From: Amphiscolops sp. MND2022
Lineage: Eukaryota
Assembly (NCBI GenBank): GCA_964187785.1
Contig: OZ076409.1
Location: 2,978,001 to 3,042,000, forward strand
Length of the DNA stretch: 64,000 nt
Reading direction: 5' to 3'
The notes under the pieces: model-generated
Seen by the model: only the letters and a program-made list of their open reading frames with translations
What the model was told of the DNA's origin: nothing
Database searches by the model: none
Position numbers and translations under genes: made by a program
Shown here: one piece after another, positions 1-10,870 of the stretch
How positions within the stretch are numbered: the first letter of the stretch is position 1
Layout of the letters: each line of letters starts with the position of its first letter

Positions 1-1
1 G

Positions 2-1831
2 TCGATATCCCCTGCCCGTGTACTACCTCAACTGTTCTCTGACCATGAGCGCGTGCGCTCACCGTTTCCACAGATATCCTCCTCCGAAAAAGAAACATCG
101 TTACCAGGAACCTCAGCATCCTTGTTGACGAATCCCTCGCTAACCAATTTTCTTAGCAACTATCCCATATGGCCGACCGCCCCTCCGATTCCTCTCAAAT
201 CTGCCAGCAGCGACAGCAACGTTCAGCCCGATCTGCCTGAAGCTCCCGAGATTTCGCCAGGAGCGGGGACCGCTCCTTCTTTTAAAAGGGGGAGGGGGAG
301 ACCACCCAAGGCACAGAAGAAACGGCTGATCCGAGCGAAGGCAAGGACGAGGAAGAAAGAAACACCGAGAAATGCCGAAACCGAAACTGCGATCCAGGCC
401 GAAACGGAAGCTCCCAGAACTGCAGAGACGCTAACAGAGGCATCTGCAACTGCTCTTAGGTATCAACTAAGGAGTAAACGGCAGCCGCGCTACAAGTGTG
501 GAACCTGCGGGCTGCGAGATTGTGTCTGCCTATTAGCTGTGAATGAGAACCGGAGGGTTCCCATTGGAGCCCGGGGAGTTCCTCCGGAAGAGAGAGAAAA
601 CTTGGTGTACCGCCTCACGGTGCGGGCCGAGAAAACCTACTCAGCTGTAGAGCGGTCTGGAGACCACCCTGTGGACACTATCCTGGAGAAGTTGTCACTG
701 CCCGGGGTAGCGAAGGCCCCTTGTCCGAGGTTTAAGGAGTGGACTAGCGATGGAAAGGGCCTGGAGTTTACCCTGTCCACGGTGTTGCCCCCTGTGCCCA
801 GCAATATTGCGTTTGGGCCATTCAATTTTGAAAGGGAACCTGTGCAGATGGTCCGATGCATCACTGCCGACTTGTTATGCGACAAGTATGGAGTCCAGGT
901 GGAACCAGGAGGGGTATACAGCCCGGCTCCTCACTGGTGGCTGCTGGTAACAGCTCCACGAGTGGAGGCGATGGTGGAACCGTTGAATCTGTTATCCTGT
1001 CTAGAGAGTCTGAGGACCCTCACCACTGTGGACTTAATACTTTGCTTCCATATCATAGACTGGTACCGAGGCAAGATGAAGTTCGCGTGGTGGCTGGAAT
1101 TAATAATCACATGTTTCGCCACCTATCCCAGAATTCGACTATTAGACGAGTGGACTCACACCTTCGAGATCCCCTTGTTCCCCAAAGCCGCCCTGGGAAC
1201 TTTAGATGTGTGGGTAAAGGCCGGCAGCGACAATCGGGCGATGCCCCGCTCAGTATGGCAAGACCTGGCTGCAGTCCAAGGGCGTACCCCTCACGTGTGT
1301 CTGCCCTCCGATAATGGTCCCGGACGAGAGATTGTTTACCCGGGAGCCCTGTATCCGAATTCAGCCGAACACGTCTCTTACGATGAATCCGATTTCTTGC
1401 AGGCCGAGGGCGACATAGTGTTAGCATGCCCTGCTGACCTAAAGACCAACTCTGCCGCCCTGCGATATGTGCTGCGGGAGTGCGGCATAGAAGATGTATT
1501 TGCCTTACGACCTAAAGTGGGCGAGATTCTCACTATCCCGCCTGATGTGAACCCCAACCCTAACCAAAGTATTCACCTGTTAATAGTCCGTGCTAACCAG
1601 CGCGCACCGCTGCTGACAGATGACTACTTGCGTTGCATGACGTACTTGATACAGCGCCTGATAGATAAAGGATCCACACGGGTCCACCTACCCATTCTGG
1701 ACCCCGAGAGACCGGCTTTCTCGTTGGTCAATCTGTACCATACTCTAACGAACATGTTCGAGGGTACTGGTATTCACGTGGTTTTGCATAGCCGCGTATA
1801 TGTATCAATATTAACTATAGGGCTGAAGTAG
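2..1831 (+). CDS. C-terminal part of an element-1 ORF (probably Pol tail): AT-hook-like RGRGRP, CxxC motif, C-terminal OARD1/TARG1-like macrodomain
   Basis: Frame open from the window edge. About 1376-1800 (SYDESDFL..IVLACPADL..KVGEIL..IHLLIVR..VHLPILD..MFEGTGIHVVLH) follows the Poa1p/OARD1 macrodomain pattern. Confidence 0.72.
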   Translation, partial: SISPARVLPQLFSDHERVRSPFPQISSSEKETSLPGTSASLLTNPSLTNFLSNYPIWPTAPPIPLKSASSDSNVQPDLPEAPEISPGAGTAPSFKRGRGRPPKAQKKRLIRAKARTRKKETPRNAETETAIQAETEAPRTAETLTEASATALRYQLRSKRQPRYKCGTCGLRDCVCLLAVNENRRVPIGARGVPPEERENLVYRLTVRAEKTYSAVERSGDHPVDTILEKLSLPGVAKAPCPRFKEWTSDGKGLEFTLSTVLPPVPSNIAFGPFNFEREPVQMVRCITADLLCDKYGVQVEPGGVYSPAPHWWLLVTAPRVEAMVEPLNLLSCLESLRTLTTVDLILCFHIIDWYRGKMKFAWWLELIITCFATYPRIRLLDEWTHTFEIPLFPKAALGTLDVWVKAGSDNRAMPRSVWQDLAAVQGRTPHVCLPSDNGPGREIVYPGALYPNSAEHVSYDESDFLQAEGDIVLACPADLKTNSAALRYVLRECGIEDVFALRPKVGEILTIPPDVNPNPNQSIHLLIVRANQRAPLLTDDYLRCMTYLIQRLIDKGSTRVHLPILDPERPAFSLVNLYHTLTNMFEGTGIHVVLHSRVYVSILTIGLK

Positions 1832-2126
1832 CCTTATCATTTTAGTTGTCCCCATTTTTCCTTTGCCCTCAGTTCTTGTAACAATTCTTGTAACAACCTT
1901 GGAAGAGTCTTGAAATGCTCTCGAGATGTTAATTTGTCATGTTGTTCACTCAAAGGTTTTGTTCTAGTTCGTTAGTTAGTTAGAGTTAAATTTTAAGTTT
2001 GTAGTGGCCCCCTTACGGAGCCGATGTTGCCTGGCTGCAATTGAAGGACGAACCGACCCACGGCTCGTTCCAGAGAGAACTTGTCCCTGTAAGTCTAACA
2101 GTGGTCCTTTTTAGACCTATGCATTA

Positions 2127-5100
2127 ATGGCCCATTGCCCAAACAATTCAGCGCCTGCAACAGGGTCTAATAGTGCAAGGCCCCAGGAATCTGCGCGAGC
2201 GCAGAGGGTCAATCAGGCCCAATATGTCGAAGAAAGGCTGCGGGACGGTCTTTCGCCAGTAGCCGTAGCTGGGGTGGCTGCCCTACTGACCCAGCTTGAA
2301 TCGATGCAAATGCTGCCAAATGCATCTTTGTCAATCACTACGGAGGTGGCAGGCTATCGTCGCACCTTGACGTGCACCAACAATGCCTGGGATGGGCACG
2401 ACCTGACTCACCAGTTCTTGGACGAAAGATCAATCGCAGTGCATGGCCCCAGCCAGGGCACCAGATTCGAACAAGAAGCATCACTGCGTATGATCCCCGT
2501 CAACGTCCCATCGCTGCTTTCCATTTCGGCACCAAATCCAGTGCAGACGACGCCGCATTCTAGCTCGATTGCTTATGGGGCACCATATGGAACCCGGGCA
2601 ACGACGACGCAAAACATTACCAATCAACCAGCCTCAAGTCGGGAGCCCTCGGGGTCCCAACTGCCATCAGTGCCTAATCTAAATCTGATCGGACGGAGTG
2701 CCAGCGAGCAAGCGGTGATTGTGGCCCTGCAGGCTGTCGCCAACTACCCCAACTCCTCTGACTTCGTTCGTGCAGTTGAGCAAAGGATTCCCGGATTGGC
2801 ACATTACTTGCAAGCCGCAGCTCAGCCCTCGGGCTGTGTCACCCCACCCACCACCCTAGCCGAAGCTGTGTCTATGGAAGCAGAAACTACGGCTGGACCA
2901 AGCACCGGCGCCATAACCTATCCCCGTGAGGAAACTGGACGGAAGCGACTTACTGAGGAAAACATCGTCGCTACACGCCATGATTCCGTGACCGACAGTC
3001 CGACCAGTCGTCCCCCTCCGGACAAGCGAGCAGATGTACCCCACCAGTCGCAAATGAAAAGTGTAGTGGTCGTGAGGCCTCCATATCGCGTCGGCCACCT
3101 AGGCGTAGGCGCGCCTCAAATGTCCCTGGAAGAGGCCATCAACCGCTACGGCAGTGTGGATGCGAATCCTGAAACGAATCCTGTGCCCTTGGGCACAGGC
3201 TCTGCCAACATGTCCCTGGAGGTGCCCGAGACAGTCGAAGAGACCAGTCCTCCCGCCTTTCTTCCCCCGTCCGATGATGTATCCGGCTCCGTGGTAACTA
3301 GCGATAGCAAACGCATCTGGATGGCGGCAGAGTGTTTGCACCCGAACACATGTGCGATTAGAAGGAGAGCACCGCCGTCGGACGCCGAGCAAAGAGAGGT
3401 GAGCAGAATCACCATTGCGGCTCAAATAACTCGATCGCTACGTGCCCGTGATGCGGACCTAAGTGAGCAAGCCTGGGAACAGCGTGCTCGAGAGCAACTG
3501 CCCGCCACACCCAACAACTACATGGCTCGCCTGCAGCATGACCTCACCGAGCAATTTCCCGCTAGGTACATATTGCACGAAGGAGAAACCTGGGAAGCAA
3601 ACGCCCGCTACGCTCGCAATATCAGGTCAATGAAGCCCCTCTTGAAAGCAGCTCTGCAGCGTGCGCGCTATTGTGTGGCAGTAGATTCGACACTCAAGAG
3701 TGATCTGCCCATCGATAACCTTCTGCCCGATGTGCTGGTGTTAACAATGCCACTCTCCCGCTTCGCCGAGGTCGCAGAGATGGTCGCGGTTATGTACGAC
3801 CCAAACCTGAGAGGGTCCCTAAGAGAGCCGCCCCTGCGACGTGTAGTCTTCACCAACTTGATCGACCACATGGCTTGTGAAGGACTGCTACACAACCTGG
3901 ATGCCCTCATGGCAGATACCCGTAGACCTGGGAATGTGGCGACCTTAGTAAACGTGGTTGCAGACGCAATGGAGCGTGCAGCAGGGATCCTTCGGGGTCG
4001 TCTGGGAGCGCTCGCGCTCTTCACATCCCCGCCGGGATTCATGTATTGGCAACGAAGCTTGCAGCAATTTGTGTACATCTTGTCTGAGGTATGTAAGGCG
4101 CGCCGAATCGAGTTTGCTATTTGTGCGCCAAACCTCCGGGTTGATCGCGGAGACCTACGCCCCGATGCATTGTCATACCCCGCCTTCTTTGCTGCCGTAT
4201 CAAGGGTGCTAATCACTGTGGAACGCTCGGGAAATGCACAACTGACTATCGACGACGCCGTACTGTTCGACCATGGAATGTGTATGGGGCGAATGGCCTT
4301 CGACTTGGACGGGAATCGCGTCATGCGAGCATCTAACATGAGTGAGCGAGAGGCCGTTCGACGCTACAACTGGTTGGTGCGGAAGGACAAAGAAATTCCC
4401 GTACGAGCAGAGCTGGCAGAGCTCGTGAAGGAAATTGAAACCTGGCCTGCCACACGCACGGTCGAAAGGACCATTCCCCAAATTCGGTTTGCCGCGGGAA
4501 TAGAGCCTGTCAAGTTGCCCGTGGGCATGAGGTACGTCGTGGCTATAGAGGCGACTAACTTGAAGACTGAAGTAGATGCCGCCGGAATAACGTATGCCGA
4601 ATGGTATCAGTCCAGATTCGTGGACAGGACCTTGGCCGAGGTAGCTCAAGAGCTTAACTGTCCCTTGGAAGCCTTTTGTACCAGTCTCGGACTAGGCTGG
4701 AACATTGACGTAATAGCCCCTGAGTACTTGCTCACCAATGTGCAGACTGACAAATTGTTGGAAACCATCGGCGAAACTACTGTAGGAGAGATGTTAGCGC
4801 TCGCGCTAACCATGGGCCCGACGAAGTTTGTGGCAGGTCCCCTGGCTATGTTAGTCGAGTTGGTAGTATCCAGTGATCTAGTCACCTTTTACAGCTACCT
4901 GATCCTCGCGCAGGGACAGCTACGCAGCCTAACTCGATGGGGCCACCTCCTAAATTCCAAGGACCAGCAAGATTATGTCACCCAGCTGGAACGCATGCGT
5001 GCGTCCCTCCAACATTGGTTGTATTCCACCCTAGTGTTCGCCTCTGGCTTGTTCGTAGGCGTGGATCAATCGCAACCCCTCCACCATTCCGAGCGTCAAC

Positions 5101-6407
5101 TCCCTGCGGAAACGGCGGGATTCCCCATGCCTCAGCAAATCGCCGATTTGACTCTGGCCGAAGTGGAGGACTTCGTGGCCGTTATGGCTTCCGTCCTGGC
5201 TCCAATCTTCGGTGCGGTCGGTGTGTGCCGGTATCCCACCAAACCATTGGCGAGAGCAGTACAGGTGCATATGGTCTCCTTCTGCACCTATCTCCAAGGA
5301 CGCCCCCCACTGACCTATCAGCGAATCGTGCAGGCTGTATTGAGTGGCGAGATGCCGCATGGGTACACCACCTTGAAGTCGGAGAAACAGCTGGAAGAGA
5401 ATTTGATGGGTCTATTGCGTGCCCGCACACGAAAGGCGTGCCCTTTGCCACGAGAATACGGCCCAGTCAACTGGTACTCCGCGCCTCTCAGCCTGAATGG
5501 AGTCCCCTTTAGATTCCCTTGGTCGCAGGAGTTCATACGCAAGGTGATCCGTGCCAGCACTAGTGCTGGTCCACCAATAGATCCCCTGTACGCCTTCAAA
5601 TGCATCACCTTCCCAAATCACTATTGGAAGGAGCCACTGGGATGGCCCAGAGCAAAACCCGTTGGTCGCGCCCCTGAAGCTTTCAATCGACAAATCCAGT
5701 ATATGGAATTGGCTCAGATCCCAAATTGGATAGAAGGAGCAGCTCAGACTCGTCAGAGGAATCTGCAAAGTCGCGTAACTCCGTTCCCTAGAAAAGCTGC
5801 CTGGCGACCGCAGGCCAAGATGACAATGTCAGGGGATATGTCCATCGTCCAACACGATGAGATCAATTCCGTGCTAGGCCCCGAAGCCCGCGCAGAGTGG
5901 GAAGGACATTGCTTGGAGCTGGAGATTGCCAGCTTCCCAAAATGGAAGCGAGCTTGCGAGCTCTGGAGTCAGCCTGGCTGGGTCTCCAAACGAATATCCT
6001 TGGCCGTGGAGAGTAGAGCTGAACTCGAGAGACAACAGGCGTTCGCGCCTGCCATGCTGGCACCCACAATGGCCATGTCACTAAGTCAGCCCATCGACCG
6101 GCCCGTGACTCTGGATTTGCCCACTCATATTCTGCAGCCAGAGCCTGTGAGTCCACCATCGACACAGGCCAGTCCTCAGTCATCGCAACCCCAAACCGGA
6201 GAACACGCCGCTGAACTGACCCCTAACACTATCCTGGTGCAGCCGATCGCCGATTTAACGCTCCCAGAAGACCTATCAGACTCGGAAACAGTAGTTACTG
6301 TGGTTCCTGCTCAACGTAGAGCGTCAGTTGCGTCGGAAGATGCCAGCAATCCAGGAACTCCCGATGATGCCATAAAGAATCGAGCTCGACGCAGCTCAGC
6401 CCAATAA
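2127..6407 (+). CDS. 1426-aa extra ORF of element 1, unknown function; central degenerate SGNH/GDSL-like region
   Basis: Intact ATG-started ORF between the macrodomain ORF and the 3' LTR; low-complexity ends; SGNH-like block spacing at about 3666-4215. Confidence 0.75.
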   Translation: MAHCPNNSAPATGSNSARPQESARAQRVNQAQYVEERLRDGLSPVAVAGVAALLTQLESMQMLPNASLSITTEVAGYRRTLTCTNNAWDGHDLTHQFLDERSIAVHGPSQGTRFEQEASLRMIPVNVPSLLSISAPNPVQTTPHSSSIAYGAPYGTRATTTQNITNQPASSREPSGSQLPSVPNLNLIGRSASEQAVIVALQAVANYPNSSDFVRAVEQRIPGLAHYLQAAAQPSGCVTPPTTLAEAVSMEAETTAGPSTGAITYPREETGRKRLTEENIVATRHDSVTDSPTSRPPPDKRADVPHQSQMKSVVVVRPPYRVGHLGVGAPQMSLEEAINRYGSVDANPETNPVPLGTGSANMSLEVPETVEETSPPAFLPPSDDVSGSVVTSDSKRIWMAAECLHPNTCAIRRRAPPSDAEQREVSRITIAAQITRSLRARDADLSEQAWEQRAREQLPATPNNYMARLQHDLTEQFPARYILHEGETWEANARYARNIRSMKPLLKAALQRARYCVAVDSTLKSDLPIDNLLPDVLVLTMPLSRFAEVAEMVAVMYDPNLRGSLREPPLRRVVFTNLIDHMACEGLLHNLDALMADTRRPGNVATLVNVVADAMERAAGILRGRLGALALFTSPPGFMYWQRSLQQFVYILSEVCKARRIEFAICAPNLRVDRGDLRPDALSYPAFFAAVSRVLITVERSGNAQLTIDDAVLFDHGMCMGRMAFDLDGNRVMRASNMSEREAVRRYNWLVRKDKEIPVRAELAELVKEIETWPATRTVERTIPQIRFAAGIEPVKLPVGMRYVVAIEATNLKTEVDAAGITYAEWYQSRFVDRTLAEVAQELNCPLEAFCTSLGLGWNIDVIAPEYLLTNVQTDKLLETIGETTVGEMLALALTMGPTKFVAGPLAMLVELVVSSDLVTFYSYLILAQGQLRSLTRWGHLLNSKDQQDYVTQLERMRASLQHWLYSTLVFASGLFVGVDQSQPLHHSERQLPAETAGFPMPQQIADLTLAEVEDFVAVMASVLAPIFGAVGVCRYPTKPLARAVQVHMVSFCTYLQGRPPLTYQRIVQAVLSGEMPHGYTTLKSEKQLEENLMGLLRARTRKACPLPREYGPVNWYSAPLSLNGVPFRFPWSQEFIRKVIRASTSAGPPIDPLYAFKCITFPNHYWKEPLGWPRAKPVGRAPEAFNRQIQYMELAQIPNWIEGAAQTRQRNLQSRVTPFPRKAAWRPQAKMTMSGDMSIVQHDEINSVLGPEARAEWEGHCLELEIASFPKWKRACELWSQPGWVSKRISLAVESRAELERQQAFAPAMLAPTMAMSLSQPIDRPVTLDLPTHILQPEPVSPPSTQASPQSSQPQTGEHAAELTPNTILVQPIADLTLPEDLSDSETVVTVVPAQRRASVASEDASNPGTPDDAIKNRARRSSAQ

Positions 6408-7163
6408 ACCCTGCCGCCAATGGGAGCGTTCGCGCTCCCTATAGACTCTAAACTCTGCCGAAACTGTGCCTTCAAACTTATCGCTTTAACCGGTGCTACC
6501 CGTACATGGTGCAATTTTTTGTTCATAGTTATTACTTAGTTACTGTACTGTTAGTAATGCGCTGGGTGTACGGCCAATAGAGTGCGCCTGCCCCAGCTGC
6601 TTCGCCTACGAAAGTAAAAAAGAATCTATTACCAAAGAAAAACTGTTATTTCTGTTGCGCACCGTTCGCGGTGTTTTTGAGTTGCCATAGTCAAGAAAAA
6701 GTCTTAGCCTTTTAGTTACGATTTTTGCCGTTTTTCCTTGTGTTTTGGTGTTCAAGCATCTTCTATCGACTGTCTAAGGAGTAGCCGAAACGGCGCCCTC
6801 CCAAAACAAGTTTTACGTTGTCCGAAATTGACCGAAAACTGTAAATGTCAAGTTGCATAAAAAAGGAGATTTTAGCTGACCTTGGTCGCAAAAGATTTTT
6901 TTAGCGAAAACTGCTTGCTCAAACGAGTTTTAACCGACTGAAAACCTTAGCTCTCGAGCTGGTGCTAAAACCTCGTTTGCATTTTTGTAAAAAATACTAG
7001 GCAGTAAAATTTTCCTTAAAAAAAACCGCGAAATTTGCCAAAAATAGTTGCTGAAAAACAAGGACTCGTCCTTGTCCCCTGTGGTGTGGATGATGGTTCC
7101 CAGCAGTCACTGCGATGCCGTTTCCAGACGAGGCCAGATGCCGCTTGCCAGGGACGACAAGCC

Positions 7164-7180
7164 AGAAGCCCGGGGAGTGA
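7164..7180 (+). promoter_or_regulatory. Polypurine-tract-like site of element 1 (AGAAGCCCGGGGAGTGA)
   Basis: Purine-rich and directly abutting the 3' LTR. Confidence 0.65.
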
Positions 7181-7895
7181 TGTAACGGCAACTGCCCATG
7201 TCAAAATTTTCGAAGCAAAAATTCGTTCAAATCTGACGTGGCACTCAAACATGCTCCAGACGAAAGACCTGTCAGAAAAGCAGATCAGAAATCAGAAATC
7301 GCCCCCCGCGAGAGACGACGAGAAGAGAAGACGTAAAAAGCAGTCCCTAGAACACGGTGATGTGCCCATCTTTGGCGTTTACACTACGTAGGTAACAGAA
7401 ACCGGTGTTCCAGATGCTCGCCTGAAGATCCTGCGGTGTCCGGTGCGGTGACGAGCGCTAGCGCTGGGAAGCCATGGTCGATTCGCTCCTGTTAAATAAC
7501 TCGAACTTGTGATATTGTTATGTCTATTGTGCTTTCCTTGTTGTAGTAGATTGATATGCTCGAGAGCTGCCCATTTACATCTATGGTTACCCCTTTTTGA
7601 TGTCGATTTTATCAGATTCTCCAATACTATGGCTCAACATCCTCCTGTTTTCAGTCCCTTTTTTAAAGGCTAATTGAGCAGTGGTCTTGAGACATGCAAG
7701 ATGCCCGTTACTTTTAGCAGTTACAGACTAGGACCAGGCCAGAGAGTTTCCAACAAGACGGTTCCCCCACCTTGGGACTGGCTCCTTCGGAGGGAAAATG
7801 AGCTAGGGCCGCGGAGATCTAAGTCCCGGATTATATTCGCTGTTCTAGTTCCTCCACTCTACGTTGCGGTTCAAGCGCCAGCGCTTATCGTTACA
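7181..7895 (+). repeat. 3' LTR of element 1 (715 bp)
   Basis: TG...CA with 7-bp terminal inverted repeat; homologous to the solo LTR at 57782-58490. Confidence 0.9.
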
Positions 7896-8011
7896 CGACT
7901 TTTTTACTAAATACTTTTTTTTGAATTTTTTTTTCCAAATATTTCCAATTATTGTTCCTTGAATATTTTTGAGCCTTAGATATGGCGCCGACTTGGGCCG
8001 TTCCCGGCTTG
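7896..8011 (+). mobile_element. HINE family 1, 3' piece, interrupted by element 1
   Basis: AGCCTTAGATATGGCGCCGACTTGGGCCGTTCCCGGCTTG end shared with the other copies. Confidence 0.7.
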
Positions 8012-8061
8012 CTGTCATTTATGGTACCAATCAATCAATGATAATAATATTTGAGGCATCC

Positions 8062-8198
8062 CTGGTTGAATCACGATCGGTGGCTTCCAGGGTATCCAAA
8101 TGAGTTCCAGGGTAAGTGTTGACTGGTACTTTGACCGAGTAATACTCGTGAACAAAATTTGGTGCTTCGTCGTTCGAATCCTCTACGTGAACTTCAAC
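8062..8198 (-). CDS. Cadherin exon P (VEVHVEDSNDEAPNF...LEATDRDST); 3' boundary uncertain
   Basis: ttttttag acceptor; DSNDEAPNF motif; donor ambiguous and next exon outside the window. Confidence 0.82.
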
Positions 8199-8739
8199 CT
8201 AAAAAAGTAGCCAACACATGAATCAATATCAAAGAGAGAAAAAGGGTTAGCATATAAAGAAATAAGGAGATGCACCTAAGAAAAAAGTAAACAAGGGGGA
8301 TTATTTGTTTTGCTCTAACCCCAAAAAACTCCCGTGCTGAAGTCCCATGCATTTCCATGCATAAGCATGCTTGGGATTGTTTTTCTTCGTTTAGAAATTT
8401 ACAAGTTTAGAAATCTCAAAAAACGAGCAGGAAAGCTCACGTTTTGCGCTGCACAAAACTTTAACTAACTGTTTTTGAGTATTTCTTAATCCCACAGGTG
8501 AGAAAAAACTAAAAGGCAGTCTCTTCGGACTTGAAAAAGATTCATTTCATTTTCAATGATTTTCTGATGAAAATCTCAAGTCTCACAGGGCCGAAAAAAA
8601 AACATTTGCACTCAAAAGTGCTTTAGTAATATTTTCACAACAACAAGTTTTGTATCAGAGCAACTTTGGAATAATTTTGATAGAAAATGAGAAAATGGAA
8701 TTGCTCTAGCGTACAACTATTTTTATCAAGCATTCTCAC

Positions 8740-9792
8740 CGTAACAAATGTGGTGAGCGTTTTATCCACGCTGTTCTGAATTTCCACAACCAATGCTATT
8801 GGCAGGTAGCTCTCGGGAATAGCCTCTCGATCAATCGCTCTAACAGTCCAAAGCTCCCCGGAAAGGGTCAAGGAAAAATACTCATCCTCATCCTTTTCAG
8901 GCAGATTGGTCGACTGCATTGTGAAAATGGGATCAACGCCATTTTTACTGCCTTCTATGAAATCCGAAAGGGTCAAAATTTTCTTCAATTGCGCTTCGTT
9001 TTCTTGCACTGTGACTGAAATTGGTATGTTTTTCCCACTGAGCGGTAGGAAAAAATCGGAATCTGCTTCAGTTGCGACAATGTCCAGCTTTGATTGCGAC
9101 ATTTCGAGCTCTTGTGTGGATCTCTTTGACCTCGTTTCTGATTGGTCGGAACATTGAACAGTCAGTTGAAACTCTGAGTTGCTTGTAATTTCGAAGTTTC
9201 TCACAAAAATTTGACCCGAACTTTCATCTATTTCGAAACCAGGTGGAATGGGTTCAACCAACGTAAAAACAATTGTTTCCAACGGGGGGTTTTCCGCGTC
9301 GTTTAGATCCAAATCCAAACATATAATTTTATAACCGAAGAATTTCCTGTTTATAAGGTAAAATACTTTTTGCCCCTCCTTGACGTTTATAATTTCGGGA
9401 AAATTGTCGTTGACATTTTCGATTGTAATTTGAAACGTCACATTACTGAATAAAGGAATTTCTCCAAAATCACGGGCTTGTACGACTAAAGTGTACTGCC
9501 GAATACTTTCGTAATCGAGTTCCGATACCACGATTAACTCTGATTGGTTGATTCCGAAACCGACCTCTGATTGGCTGAGAATACTGTAAGCTATTTTTCC
9601 GCCCAATCCATCGTCGGGGTCTGTGGCGTTTAATTCGAAAACAGTGGAGAGAATTTCGACATCTTCAGACAGCCGAAGAAAAATGACGTCAGTTGCGAAA
9701 CTCGGGGCAACTTGGCTGCTGTCGTTGATGTAAATTGTCATGTCGAAATAAGACACTTTGTCTGCAGGCGGGCTGATGTCCAAAGCAGCTAC
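8740..9792 (-). CDS. Cadherin exon O (VAALDISPP...LDYESIRQY...TTFVT)
   Basis: ttttcag acceptor, gtgaga donor, 1053 bp; about 3 cadherin repeats (ORF 8635..9783). Confidence 0.93.
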
Positions 9793-9900
9793 CTGAAAAT
9801 CAGGTTAAAAATATTTAATATCCAAAATAATTCATACCCAGTTCACAAAAGAGTTAGTACATACAAAGATTCCAGATATGGAAACTAGATGCCAAACAAG

Positions 9901-10394
9901 AACAAGACGAGAACGTCTAAAGTCGACACTATATCTAAGGCTCAACTCAAAAAGCGCAAAACATTTTTTGGAAAAAAACTTGAACTTTATGAACTTTTTT
10001 TCGAAAATGTCGCATAGTGCCGAAAAATTTAAACGGGGGACACTTTTGGATTTATTAACATACATTCTGTTGCAAAATATCAAAAACTTTGAAGGGGGAC
10101 CCTTTGGGGACATTAAAAGATTTTCGAAAAAAGTCACACAGTGCCGAATAAAATACAAAGGGAGGACCCTTTAGGCACGTCCGGTTTTGTAGGTTTCCTT
10201 GAAAAAGTAAAAAATGAAAGGGGGACCCTTTGGACAAAGTTTGCTTTGGCCGGACTTGGTCTTAGGTGGTTTCAGGATTGTTTCTAAAAAGTGGACCGAT
10301 CAGTGTGAGGATTGTAGCCTGAAGAAAGAAGAACAAAAAGGTCACTGCTGTAGTCGGGCATTTTTCTTTAAAAGGATAAAGCGCCGACTAAAAA
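9901..10394 (-). mobile_element. Non-autonomous Helentron-type (HINE/DINE-1-like) repeat, family 1
   Basis: TTTTAGTCGGCGC start and CTTGTT end as in the other copies. Confidence 0.7.
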
Positions 10395-10633
10395 CAGATT
10401 TATGAAAATGCGTTGACTTGAAAGTTTTCAAATATGGTCATATGCATAGAAAGGACCTGCATATTTTCGAAAAAAGAATTTAGTAAAAAATTGCGTTCAT
10501 TCCCGAGACAACTTCCGAATAATAATGTTCATATTCGTTTCGTATTAGCATTAACTCTTTGGCTCTACAACAATTCGGACCGAAGACAAATTCGAAACAA
10601 GGCAGATTCGGACTAAATGACAAATTCTGACCA

Positions 10634-10870
10634 AACAAGAAGCCTGCTAAGCACCGGGATATTTTCCGCTATAAAAAAAGGAACGATCCAGCCCGGGTTC
10701 GAACCCACGACCTCGTGCCTGGCAGGCAGATGCACTACCAACTGTGCCACGGTGACTAGTTTATCATTTTACTAAATGGAGTAATTAAAAGTGGAGATTT
10801 GGCAGAAATTGTAAAAAAAACGCAACACAGATCATGATTTTCCTCCCCCATTTATGTAGGCGGAAAATAA
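10634..10870 (-). mobile_element. HINE-like family 2 with an internal tRNA-like cassette
   Basis: TTATTTTCCGC start, GCGGAAAATA subterminal IR, TGCTTAGCA palindrome, CTTCTTGTT end; A box TGGCACAGTTGG, B box GGTTCGAACCC. Confidence 0.65.

Larger units (their letters stand above)
1..7895 (+). mobile_element. 3' portion of an LTR retrotransposon (element 1) with two long ORFs; 5' part outside the window
   Basis: GC-richer coding block, purine-rich tract at 7164-7180, LTR TGTAACG...CGTTACA at 7181-7895. It sits inside a HINE repeat. No RT is visible, so the superfamily is not fixed. Confidence 0.85.

Noticed and set aside
637..6526. Many short overlapping or antisense ORFs within element 1, and similar ones in other elements and HINE repeats
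   Set aside because: Shadow frames of real ORFs or translations of non-coding repeats.
10685..10756. tRNA-Gly(GCC)-like sequence as a real tRNA gene
   Set aside because: The acceptor stem does not pair and it lies inside a dispersed repeat; the same applies to 60040-60113.
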